From assembly GCF_006345805.1 (NCBI RefSeq), contig NC_043004.1, positions 23,436,001 through 23,500,000 of the forward strand: a stretch of 64,000 nucleotides of DNA, given 5' to 3'. The notes beneath the pieces are model-generated. The model worked only from the letters and a program-made list of their open reading frames with translations. It had not been told where the DNA came from and did no database searches. This DNA is from Octopus sinensis (taxonomy: Eukaryota). Position 1 is the stretch's first letter; every line of letters starts with the position of its first letter. The position numbers were made by a program, and so were the translations under genes. Positions 13,831 through 25,620 of the stretch are shown piece after piece.

Positions 13831-14754
13831 GTGTGTGTGTGTATGTGTGTTCAAAATTCTGTTGTTGATGGTCCAGTTATCTAATTATAGAAAAGGAGTT
13901 ATTAGAGACACATTTCTATACAGCTTATTTATTACATTTTTTTGGTGATATTCATCACAAAATCCCATTTCCCTTTCTCTCAAATCTTACATGGAACTAA
14001 GACATTATTATCTTTAATTCTTTGTGCTTTCAAGATTTTACTATAGTTGAAATCAAAGCCAGATCTGATAGGATTCTTGTAACGTTCTATGATAAATTCT
14101 TCGTCTTAATCTATATTTTCTTTAATTAATTATACAGTAGTTGAATAGGTAATGGTTTATTTCTGTGACAGCTGTCTGCGACTGGAACATTATGTATTGC
14201 TGTGTTAGGTATTCGTGTATGTGAGGACTTTATTTGTTTGTTGTATAAATATATATATATATAGCTATTTGTGCAGATGTGTGTGTTCGTCATCGTCGTT
14301 GTCATCCTCCTCCTCATCATTGTTACATCTGCTTTTGTATGCTTATATGGTTTCACTCAAACTTTTTGAGGTAGCGTTTTATGGCTCCAGCTACCCTTCA
14401 TAATATTAACCTTTTTAAACAACTGTCCACAAAAGGATAGTATTTACCCACAAAACCAGGATGCGCCTGGTGTGTCAAAATAATTTGTGCTCCTATTGAG
14501 CATTACTTTACAAGTTTCCATCAGTGAATTGTGACAATAAATTCTATAAATGTCTGAGAGGTTCCCAAGTAGTAAACAGCTTCTGTTACCGAGGTGACTT
14601 AGTTACAATAAGAGGTAGGTGTTCAGAAAGCATAGTAGCTCAAGTTAAGAATAGAATGGAATAAATTCAAGGAACTCAGCAACAAAAGTATCCTCCCTCT
14701 CTCCCTCTCTCTCTCTCTCACTTTCTCTCTAAGTGAAGGGTAGATTGTATGATA

Positions 14755-15620
14755 CTTCTGCAAGGTGTTATCAAAAAGTTCTCAGACTAGTTCTGTAGCA
14801 TGCCAATACATGGCAGCACACGGTTGTGCATGCAGTGAGAGTGACCTTCACATGGTTGCATGTGCAGTGATCTTCATGAGGCAGTGTGCTGAGTGACAGT
14901 GCAGTGTTTACTTTGCAATTTGTAAAATTTGTGTTTTTGTGACAACATGTTTGCTGTAGTCTGCGATTTTGTCATGGATTGGAAGCTGGAATAAAGAGCC
15001 AAAGTAAAATTTGTGTTAAACTTGGGAAGTCTGCTACAGAGACATTGAGCATGCTTCAGCAAGCTTACAGCGATGAGGCAATAGGTTGTATGCTTCAAAA
15101 GTGGAGGAGCATCTCTGGAAGACAATGAGCAATCTGGAAGACCTTCCGCAAGTGCCATCCCCCGTCCTACCGAAAAGTGGAGAAAATTTATCAGCTTGTG
15201 TATGAGGTTTGTCAGAGGACAATCAATGACATTGCGGATATTGTTGGTCTGTCGTATGGGTCTGTGCAGGAAATTCTAATGTCTGAATTGAACATGTGGC
15301 ATGTCGGTGCCAAGTTTGTCCCCCACATGATAACCATTGAGCAGAAAGAACATCAAGTTGAAGTTTGTCAAGACTTCCATCAGTGTGCTGCTGATGACCC
15401 ATCCTTCATGTCAAGGATCATCACTAGTGATGAGAGTTTGGTCTATGAGTACGACCCTGAGACGAAATAGCAGTCATCACAATGGAAGAGCCTGTCATCT
15501 CCACAACCAAAGAAGGTATGACATCCTGATATCCACAGTATTGTGCATCACCAATTCATTCCCCAGGGCCAGATCAATTAAGAGATCTACAACAATGTTT
15601 TGAAGAAATGTGTCTGCATG
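14755..15620 (+). mobile_element. Mariner transposon 5' part (pseudogenised transposase)
   Basis: ORF 15177..15470: TINDIADIVGLSYGSVQEIL...AKFVPHMIT...RIITSDESLVYEYDPETK, i.e. mariner HTH, WVP-like and GDEKW/YDPETK motifs; truncated where an RTE LINE begins. Confidence 0.85.
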
Positions 15621-15624
15621 GATG

Positions 15625-17450
15625 ATGGTGCACTTGCATTTAGAGATTCTGCAAAGAAAGAGGCTTGAAAATGCCATTATGAAAGACTACTGAATGTAGA
15701 GGACGAATGGGATGAGGAGAGTTTGCCATATGTTGACCCAGTTGGGAGACCAGCCACCTGAATTGACAGTACCTTGGTAGATAAAGCAATTAAGGACATG
15801 ACGGCAGGGAAAGCCCCTGACCCTTCAGGAATCACCACTGAAATGTTTAAAATATCTGGCAGTGTAGGTTATAGTCTGGTCACCCATATTGTAAATCAGA
15901 TGATTCATGAAGGAGTCATACCCAATAACTGGTGTAGCAGCACCATAGTCAACTGCTACAAAGGTAAAGGTGATGCCTTAGATAGTTGATGAAAGTTACA
16001 GAGAGAGTCATAGCCCAACTAATTAGGGGGAGTATTTGTCTAGATGAAATGCAGTTTGGTTTTGTGCCAGGAAGAAACACCACTGATGCTATATTTCTAG
16101 TAAGGCAGCTGCAGGAGAAATACGAAGCCAAAGATAAACCTCTGTACTTAGCCTTTCTTGACTTGGAGAAAGCTCTTGACAGGGCCCCCCAGTACCTTAT
16201 CTGGTAATCAATGTAGAAACTAGGGGTAGATGAGTAGTTAGTGAGAGCTGTACAAGCCAAGTACAGAGACACTACTAGTAAAGTGAGGATTGGCAATGAG
16301 TACAGTGAAGAATTTAGGGTACAGGTAGGGGTTCACTGAGGATCAGTCTTAATCCCTCTCTTGTTCATCATAGCCTTCTAGGCAATAACAGAGAAACTTA
16401 AGACAGGCTGCTGCTGTTTTCTCCTCTATGCTGATGACATTGTTCTTGAGGCTGAATAACTACCAGAACTAGAGAAGAAGTTCCAGGTATGGAAGCCAGG
16501 TCTAGAATTGAAGGGCCTTAGAGTTAACCTACCAAAAACTAAAGTCTTAGAAAGTAGGAAGGCAGACAAATTACAAGTACTTTCAGGTAGCTGGCCCTGC
16601 TCAATCTGTAGAAAAGGTGTAAGTAGTAACTCTGAAAGATGTACCCAGAGTAAGTTATGAACACATAAGAAATGCAGCAATATCAGAGGAAGGTTAACAG
16701 GGAAAATAGCTTTTGTATGTGTAGATGCATAGATACAGTAAGCACTGAAAATGTACAGAGAATAGACTCCACCAACTGCCATGGGGGTAAGCTAGAGGTA
16801 GTAGATAGCTTCCGTTACCTAGGTGTTCAAGTTATTAGTGGAGGTGGATGTTCCAAGAGTGTGGCTGTGAGAATAAGATTAGGCTGGGTAAAGTTTAGGA
16901 GATCCTGCCTCTGCTGGCAACATAGGGCCTCTCTCTCAGAGTGAAAGGCAGATTGTATGATGCCTGTGTGCAAACAGCTATGCTACATGGCAGTGAAACA
17001 TGAGCTGTGACAGCCGAGGTATTGCGTAATCTTGAAAGAAATGAAGCCAGTATGCTTCACTGGATGTGTAATGTCAGTGTGCATGTTCAACAGAGTGTAA
17101 GCATCTTGAGAGAAAAGTTAGGTATAAGAAGAATCAGATGTGATGTGCAAGAGAGATGAATGTGTTGGTATGGTTATGTGATGCATATGGATGAGGACAG
17201 CTGTGTAAAGAATGCTTATCCCTAGCTGTGGAGGGAAACTGTGGTACAAGTAGACCCAGGAAGACATAGTATGAGGTGGTGAAACATAATCTCTGAACTT
17301 TAGGCCTCACAGAGGCAATGACAATTGACTGGGACCTTTGGCGATATGCTGTGCTTGAAAAGACCCATCAAGCCAAATGAAATCACAGTCATGGCTGATG
17401 CTGGTGTCACGTAACCAGCAGCCATGCAGGTGGTACGTAAAAAGTACCTT
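15625..17450 (+). mobile_element. 5'-truncated RTE-clade LINE (reverse transcriptase pseudogene)
   Basis: KAIKDMTAGKAPDPSGIT, QFGFVPGRNTTDAIFLVRQLQEKY, AFLDLEKALDR, LYADDIVL (16424-16447), DSFRYLG; multiple stops and frameshifts. Confidence 0.92.
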
Positions 17451-18189
17451 TTAAGTGTGGTGCATCATAGAGGAAAAATGGCTGAGCTCCTTTCTAATGA
17501 CCAAGACCTTTGGCATTATGTTCTGCATGAGAAGAAGGCCCATCAAGCCAAGTAAAATTGCAGTTGTAGCAGATACCGGTGTCATACAAGTGACACCTGT
17601 ACTGGTAACATGTAAAAGCGCCTTTCAAGCATTGGGCCTCACGGAGGCAAGGATCGAGACCATTTGGCATTATACTGTGCTTCAAGCATTGGGTCTAATG
17701 GAGGCGACTACCAAATCCATTTGGCATTATGCCATGCTTCAGAAGACCCAGCAAGGCAAGTAAAACCACAATCATAGACGATACTGGTGTCACACAAATG
17801 GCACTCATGCCGGTGGCATGTAAAAGTACCCATTACACTTTCAGAGTGGTTGGCGTTAGGAAGGGCATCTATGGCAAAACAGACTGAAGTCTGGTGCAGC
17901 CTTCCAGCTTGCCAGCCCTGGTCAAACCGTCCAACCCATGCCAGCATGGACAGAAGTTAAATGATGATGATTATGATGACAACGATGACGATGATCTTAA
18001 AATTTAGGTAAATAAGTTATTTTTTACATTATTTACATTTGACAGACATTTGTCCTCATCTTATTTGTTGTTTACACAATGTTTCGGTTGATATACCCTC
18101 CAGCCTTCATCAGGTGTCTTGGGGAAATTTCGAACCTAGGTTCTCATTCCTAAGATATTTTTCGATGTTGTTATTATTATCATTATTGA

Positions 18190-18755
18190 GTGAGAGAGTG
18201 GTGCATGCCATCAAAGTGACACTGGGGTAAAATATACGAAGCCCAGTATACCCATCATGACTACCTGTCTGATAAGGGTACACCAGGCATATGCATCACA
18301 ACCATATGTGCGTGACATGGTGATCTCATATCAAAATAAACAGTGCATGACCTTGCAGGTGAGGCCCAGTTAGAATTTTCTTCAGGTTGAGTAGCCCATC
18401 CCACTCAAAAGGTCCCTGAATAAAGATTGTTTAATGATGTTGAACGAACCACCCATGTTTCCAAAGGTGAATTATCCAAACCTCTAATAATTCCTTTTAA
18501 CACACAGCTATGATGCTCCCCCACTACTTCTGCTTGTGATCAGAGATGCACTTATCGTCAGCCACTAACGGACATGGTCAACTGGTTAATGTCAAACAAC
18601 TGACAAGCAAATCTGTGGTATTGAGCAGAATATTTGCTGTAGCCCATCTTTTATACCAAGACAAAACAATGTACATGATAACACTCCCAATCAGTTAAGA
18701 TCAGCAGCCATGAGAGCCATTGCCTGGTACTGCATCAGGGCATTTATTATTATTA

Positions 18756-18801
<46 letters not shown>

Positions 18802-18895
18802 CATTATTATTATTATTATTCAGATCATTGCCTGGAATCAAACTCGGAATCTTGGGGTTAGTAGCCCACACTCTTAACCACTACGCTATATGCCT
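18190..18895 (-). mobile_element. Long tRNA-headed SINE-like element; partial copies near 26855-27075, 11190-11450, 61940-62170
   Basis: Minus-strand head ggcatatagcgtagtggttaagag...gagtttgattccagg (A/B-box-like), internal (AAT)n, body repeated elsewhere in the window. Confidence 0.65.
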
Positions 18896-19197
18896 GTAAC
18901 TTTTTGATACCACCTCATATACAAAGTATGGTAGTGAAACATGAGCACTGTCTGAGAAGGATTCATAAAGGCAGGAATGAAATGAAGTGAGCATGTTCTG
19001 CTGGATGTGTAATGTTATGCAAATGAGTTGAGAGAAAAGCTAGGTATAAGAGAGATGTCTGGCAGAACTTCACTTACTAAGTTGACTAAACACCACAAGA
19101 GAGCAGGTAATCAGCAGTGATTATATATGTGTTTGCATATAAATATCGAACAATGAGAATGAGTACTCAACACCTCAAAAGTAGAATAATTTCTTAC

Positions 19198-19269
19198 CAG
19201 AGGTTCATGTGCATAATAAAAGTCATAAGACAACATATTTTCATATATAAAAGTGCATTCAGATGTATG
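19198..19269 (-). CDS. Candidate internal exon of an unidentified gene
   Basis: gtgtttaacag|CAT...CTG|gtaaga; 72 nt, phase 0-0: HTSECTFIYENMLSYDFYYAHEPL. A second frame is also open. Confidence 0.6.
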
Positions 19270-19772
19270 CTGTTAAACACCACCACGAAAAAATAATTAT
19301 TTTTCATGGTTGGGTTTAACTGCCCTTTCCAGCATGTAAGGAGTCCTGCTATAGGTCTTCTCTTTGTGTATATATCTATATTCACTTCCACACACACACA
19401 CACACACACATAAATACATTTATATATGCACACATACATACATATATATATATATACACATATACACAAAATATGCATATATGTATATCCGTATATACAT
19501 ACACACATATGTGTTTGTGTGTGTGTGTGTACATTTATATGATAATAACGCTGTATTAATAACTTTTCTGCCTCTCATTATGACTTCATTTTTCTAGCTG
19601 AAAGAACACAGTCAAGGAGAAGGAAGAGGTAAAGCAGATGATTAACTCATTAAATACTTAGCTGATTAATTTAATACTCACTAATCCACTCACCAATACT
19701 TTCAGTAACAATTAGCTATTAATTTTGTTTTCTAATTTTGTTAACATTGCTATTGGCATCAATAATAATAAC

Positions 19773-19812
<40 letters not shown>

Positions 19813-19944
19813 GTAGTAGTAATAACAGTTTTTTTCTTTATTAGCCTCAAGGGTCAAATACGAAACAAAAGAAACACTGCAACACAAGAGACATGTGTTA
19901 GGTACAAAGTTTTGTGTATAGAATAAAACAAGAATAATTAACAT

Positions 19945-19974
19945 ATATATATATATTCATATATATATATATTC

Positions 19975-20005
<31 letters not shown>

Positions 20006-20017
20006 ATTATATATATA

Positions 20018-20056
<39 letters not shown>

Positions 20057-20240
20057 TATATATATATCATATATATATATTCATATATATATATTCATAT
20101 ATATATATATTCATATATATATATTCATATATATATATATTCATATATATATTCATATATATATATATTCATATATATAATATATATATATATTCATATA
20201 TATATATAGTCATATATATATATATATTCATATATATATA
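19945..20240. repeat. (TA)n tract with higher-order ATATATATATTC periodicity
   Basis: Direct reading. Similar compound (TA)n tracts at 37700-38330, 41450-41870, 52255-52430 and 57780-57945. Confidence 0.95.
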
Positions 20241-21231
20241 TTAATGTATCTGTTTTTGTCTTTGTGTTAGTCCTCCGAACACCACTTGACAACCAGTGTT
20301 GGTTTGCTTATGTTCAGCAAAAGAGACTGATAGAATAAGTACCAAACTTAAAAAGTAAGTTCTGACATTGATTTGTTCATCTAAACCTTTCAAGACAGTG
20401 CACCAGCATGGCCACAGCCCAATGACTGAAACAAGTAAAATATAAAAGATGACGTCTACAGTGTGATGGGTTAGACAATATTTCTAACATAGTGCTTACT
20501 CCCGCATATTTTTTCTGTTGTCAACTCTTTTAGTCACCCCTAATGACATACTGGTAAAGGTGCTTGGCCTAGTGATTAGAGTGCTGGCCTCTTGATAATT
20601 AGATCATGAGTTCAATTCTTGTGTCAGGCAATGCATTGTGTCCTTGAACAGCATCCAACTTTTTATGCTGCTCTTGGCAGGAAATTAGTGCCATCTGTCT
20701 GCAACTGATAGCATTCCATTTAGTGCAAGTGATGGTGGGGTCTGACTTTTTCGAGTTAGTCCTTTGCCTGTCTTGTGCATTACATGTGATACACAGGGCA
20801 TATTCCTCTGGCCTCCATGCATCATATGTGATATACATATTTCCAATTTTTTTTTTTTTTTACCACTAACAGTAACTTGAGACAAGGAAAGCTTTATTTT
20901 ACTCAGAACATATGAAACAAGAGATAACTAGAAGTATGTAAACAAGCATGGATATTTAAGACAGACTTATGAAAATGCTTTGGACACGCAAAGGGTTAAA
21001 TGTCTTGGAACTTTGAATAAGCTACAGTTTCACGAAAGGTTATATGTACAGAACATAGTGTACTTATTCTACAACTGAGATTGATATGGTAGTGTCTATG
21101 ACATAGGATTGTAATAGGTTAGATTATCCTTCTCATAGCAGTGGCTTTGCATAAGCAGCAGTTTGTGTTAATAGCCTGATTTTTGGCTATTTCTATATTT
21201 GTTCTCGCTAATGTTAGACTATTATAATAAA

Positions 21232-21715
21232 CTAGCAGTATCGCCCGGCGTTGCTCGGATTTGTAAGGGAAATAACTATATAAGCATTTTTAGAGAGTTA
21301 CTTCCCTTATAGATGCCAATTCGGGCTTTCTTAGCCATTTCTGTTTTGGTGTCTTCAAGCCATGAAGTCGTTCTAAAAGAACGCTGGTCTCCTTGACAAT
21401 GCTTTACGACGTTGATTTCCTTACACTCCCTTCCCCACAGCTTCACGAGGGGGGGAAGAAGGGGGAGAAGCAAACAGGTGCAGGTGTGACCATGGACGCC
21501 AACTCCGCCACCATCGACACACGAAAAATTATGCATTAAAATGGAATAAAAAATGATGTTAAATTATTTTTAAAATCGTAGACTCATTGCTCGATATGAA
21601 TCACGACTATAAGATACCCGAATTTGGTTAAACTGCACCGCAAAATGTGGGAGTAGTTAGGAATCTAAATCGAAGGGGACAGACACTCACACAACTACAG
21701 TTTTATATATATAGA
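21232..21715 (-). mobile_element. Non-autonomous Helitron
   Basis: 5' TC, 3' CTAG, subterminal GC-rich hairpin ccgagcaacgccggg, inserted between A and T, no TSD; near-identical to 33727-34234. Confidence 0.85.
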
Positions 21716-21975
21716 TTTGTTGATATGAAAACTTAACTTCAAGAGTTTCACATTACTATGTTGGTTGCTTTACTCTTTTACTTGTTTCAGTCATTTGACT
21801 GTGGCCATGCTGGAGCATTGGCTTTTAGTCGAGCAAATCGACCCCAGGACTTATTCTTTGTAAACCTAGTACTTATTCTATCAGTCTCTTTTGCCGAACT
21901 GCTAAGTTACGGGGACGTTAGCACACCAGAATCGGTTGTCAAATGATATTGGGGGGGACAAACACAGACACACAA

Positions 21976-22012
<37 letters not shown>

Positions 22013-22589
22013 TATATACGATGGGCTTCTTTTAGTTTCTGTCTACCAAATCCACTCACAAGGCTTTGGTCGGGCCGAGGCTATAGTAGAAGACACTTGC
22101 CCAAGGTGCCATGCAGTGGGACTAAACCATGTGGTTGGTAAGCAAGCTACTTACCACACAGCCACTTCTACGCCTATTGCAGTTATTTGTGTTGGTTTGT
22201 ATAAGTAAAGTCTCACAATGCTGGTTTTTATCAATGGAGCTTTGTATTTGAGATTATAGTTATAGTTCTATCAATACAGTTTGTTATTGTTTAGCTCCAT
22301 GTCAATGTTAATTACACAAACCAATGAATAAAGGTATTCTAGTAATGACCTTCTTGCATGTTTTTTTATTCAGATATAATATATCAAAGATTACATTATT
22401 CAAATGCATCCAGTATTTTTTAAGATGGTAAGGAGTGATATGAGGAAGATTAGGCTGCTATTTTCAGAAATAACAGAGAAACTCTGTTGTTAGCTACCCA
22501 ATCTTTAGAGTAAATGTCTGACATTTTATCTGAGTAATTAAAACATTTGCATTATTAACACATATTAAGTATCTTATTATTTTACTTAC

Positions 22590-22649
22590 TGCTTCCTGTT
22601 TTAAGAGTTCTTTGAGAAGCTGATAATTGGTTGAGTTGAAATATTCTTC
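22590..22649 (-). CDS. Candidate internal exon of an unidentified gene
   Basis: catttaaacag|GAA...GCA|gtaagt; 60 nt, phase 0-0: EEYFNSTNYQLLKELLKQEA. Confidence 0.6.
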
Positions 22650-23394
22650 CTGTTTAAATGTTTCTAATTTAAATCTCCATATTCAGATAATCCCAGGTAC
22701 TCTTCATCTTCTTGCAGATTTATGCTCTTAATCTCAGTGTATACCATGAAGTGTTAAGAATTTTCTGCTTTCGATATCTATCTTCCTCAGTTTTTCAACT
22801 CATTAGCTATTTACATGAAACATTACATTCTGAGTTCAAATCCAATCAGGGGCTGACTTTTCCTTCTATCCTTCTGTCATATACTGAAATTGATATAATT
22901 GTCTGCGTTAATCCATCAAATATGTAATCTTGTACCTATGTTCTTAGATATCAGGCCATTATTTCAAGATGTAAACATGCAGTAGTCTTAAATGTGTCCT
23001 ATTTTCCACATTCAATTATCAGTGCTGATTTTCCCCACCCTTATGGTTTTCTAGTTAATCTCTAAAAAGTTTTTTAAAAAATTGATTCCATGACTATTAG
23101 CACAAAGATGACTACTATTAGTTCTTTTTTAGACATTGCTTTTATGCATGACAAAAGGTTATTATCATCATCATCACCATCATCATTTTTATTATAAGGT
23201 GACTAGCTGGTAGAATTGTTAGCATGCTGGGTGAAATGTTGAGCAGTATTTTGCCCGTTGTTATATTATGAGTTCAAATTCTGCTGAGGTCAACTTTACC
23301 CTTTCATCCTTTCTGGGTCAACAAATTAAGTACCAGTCAAGTACTGGGGTCGATGCTCTTCTTATCCAATTTCCAAACATTATTTGTGCTCATT

Positions 23395-23930
23395 TTTAGT
23401 GGCAAAAACCTATTACATTCAGAAATACATCAGAAATACATATTGTTACAAGTGGATCTTTTGTTTTAGCTTGGCTAAGACATCTTGCTTCAGCCAAAGT
23501 GAAAATTGATAAAGAAGAATTTAGCCATATGTTGCAGCTTGGTATTATTCAACCTTCTAGCAACTGGGGTTCTCCTCTCCATATGGCACTTAAAATGACT
23601 GAAGCTGATTTGCATCCTTAGGGATATCAAATGCCAGAATGGTGCCGGATATTAAATACAGGATATTAAATACCAGAATGGAGCCAGAAATATATTTTAT
23701 TCCTCATCTTCATTTCCCATCTCCTCTACATGATGCTATAGTTTTCTTGAAGACAGATTTAGTTTATGCGTACAGCCAGATTCCAATAGTATCTAGTCAC
23801 ATACATAAGACGGCTATTATCACATCTTTTGGACTACATGAATTTGTTAGCATGCCTTTTGGGATCAGTAATTCTGAAAATTCCATTGAAAAGTTTATTG
23901 ATGAAGTGATTTGCAGTTTAGAACTGGTTG
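23395..23930 (+). mobile_element. Ty3/Gypsy LTR retrotransposon RT relic
   Basis: EFSHMLQLGIIQPSS-NWGSPLHM...DLVYAYSQIPI...KTAIITSFGLHEFVSMPFGISNS (ORF 23639..23962). Confidence 0.88.
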
Positions 23931-25019
23931 GATGGCTTATTGATATTTGGTTATGCTGGTGAGGTTGTGTATTACCATCCACATTAAAACCAAGTCCATT
24001 TAAAGTTTTTGAGGAAAACACCTAGTTATATTTAAGCATTACAATGATTACAATTGCTACTTGCCAGAGGCTGTATCACTGATTACTAGGAGTGACACAT
24101 GTATGTATGTAGGCCAAGAATTAGATAGCTACGTATTTATGTGGAGTGAGAGGAAGGTGAAAATTTAGAATGTCCTGCGTCAGTGCTTGGAGAAATGAGA
24201 ATATTGTGTTCTTGTTAGAATATTGTGTTCTTTTTAGCCTAAGGTGAAAGCAGCTGCCAAAGAACTGTCTTTGCCTATTTTCCCTGGGACTGTTTAACTC
24301 CTGCTTTTTTTTGCCTTTGTTGTGCATGTCATGAAGGCGATGTCCCTCTGCCCTAAATATCTAGGTGTCATGTTCCTCTGCCCTAAAGATCTTGGTATCA
24401 TGTCCCTCTTCCCTAAAGATCTTGACCTGCACTTCAATTTATGGCCATGTTTTAATAGGAAACCTCATGGAAATTTTCATTCAAATCAAATAATTACATG
24501 ATGCATCTAAAATACGATTGGTCAGGATTCAGGGCAAGTCACCTGATAAGCTGTGGCATATTTTTCTCCACTTAGCTAATGGGGCTTCATATGTAAACCT
24601 TGCTACAATGGTTTTAATTTCAATTTTACTTATATTGACAATTTATTGATTGTTAGTACTTTGGAACTGGACTGTGGGCATCATCTAAAATCTTCACTAG
24701 ATTAGTACATTATGGAGTGGACATTGACCCTATTAAATGTCTCTTTCATGTTCATCTTTAACCATTCTAGGGCCACAATATTGACAGCAGTGGTGTTTGC
24801 CCCAGATGCAATTATACTGTTTCCATGAATTTTGGCAAGATACACAATTCTAAGTGCATTGACAAAACTTTCAAGCCATACTAGGCCATATGAATGAAGC
24901 TGAAATGAATTTTTGCAATACTGCAACTCCTGATTGGGATAAATTGTGAAGCGCTCTGTTGCTACTTTATACTGAGTTAATCTGGGTTCCCTGCACTGTT
25001 TTGTAAAAAAGGGGTTATG

Positions 25020-25620
25020 GACCAAGAATCAGATAAAGAACTACTACAACTAAAGAACTGTATTATCTTTAGAATTCCATCTTGTTCCTCTGCATATTTG
25101 ATGTAATGTGTTTTCTGGCCTTGAACAATCCTTCATGCCTATTTAACACAGAAGCTCGATCTTTCCCACGCTTCACAATTTATCCCATTCAGGAGTTGCA
25201 GTATTGCAAAAATTCATTTCAGCTTCATTCATTTGGCCCAGTATGGCTTGAAAGTTTTGTCAGTGCACTTAGAATTGTATAACTTGTCAAAAGACAAAAG
25301 TTCATTGACACATTAGAGATCACATAGGAACTGTTACTACACCAGATGCTCGTTTTCAGCACATACGCATAGATATTGTTGGACCCTTATCTCCTGCTCA
25401 GGATAATATCTATCTGTTCACCTGTATTGATCGTTTTTCTGGGTGGTCTGTAACTAATCCTGTTAAAGATATTTCAACTGCAACAATAGCACAAATGTTG
25501 CTTTTCTATTGGATTTCATGTTATGGAATTCCAGTGAAATACAACCAACAGGGCCCAACAAATTGAAACTAGTTTGTTAATTAACATAACCTAATTACTG
25601 GGTACTAAGAAGATTTGTAT
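25020..25620 (+). mobile_element. Ty3/Gypsy integrase relic
   Basis: PDARFQHIRIDIVGPLSPAQDNIYLFTCIDRFSGW...WISCYGIP, the integrase core with the first two acidic motifs; frameshifted. Confidence 0.85.

Noticed and set aside
13464-13868. 134-aa Met/Thr-rich ORF and the many IYIY/HTHT/CVCV ORFs
   Set aside because: Translations of (GAT)n, (TA)n and (CA)n microsatellites.
14447-14600. About 50-codon minus-strand open frame ending at a GT donor (...NYFDTPGASWFC)
   Set aside because: No strong acceptor and not phase-compatible with the flanking candidate exons; plausible by chance.
18825-18895. tRNA gene
   Set aside because: Only A/B-box-like similarity with no complete cloverleaf, and it is fused to a repeat body, so it is a SINE head. 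The same applies to 20560-20620 and 51990-52060.
19198-19269. Resemblance of FYYAHEPL to the carbohydrate sulfotransferase FYxxEPL motif
   Set aside because: The preceding RSGS PAPS-binding motif is absent and the neighbouring exons do not fit, so it was not used for naming.
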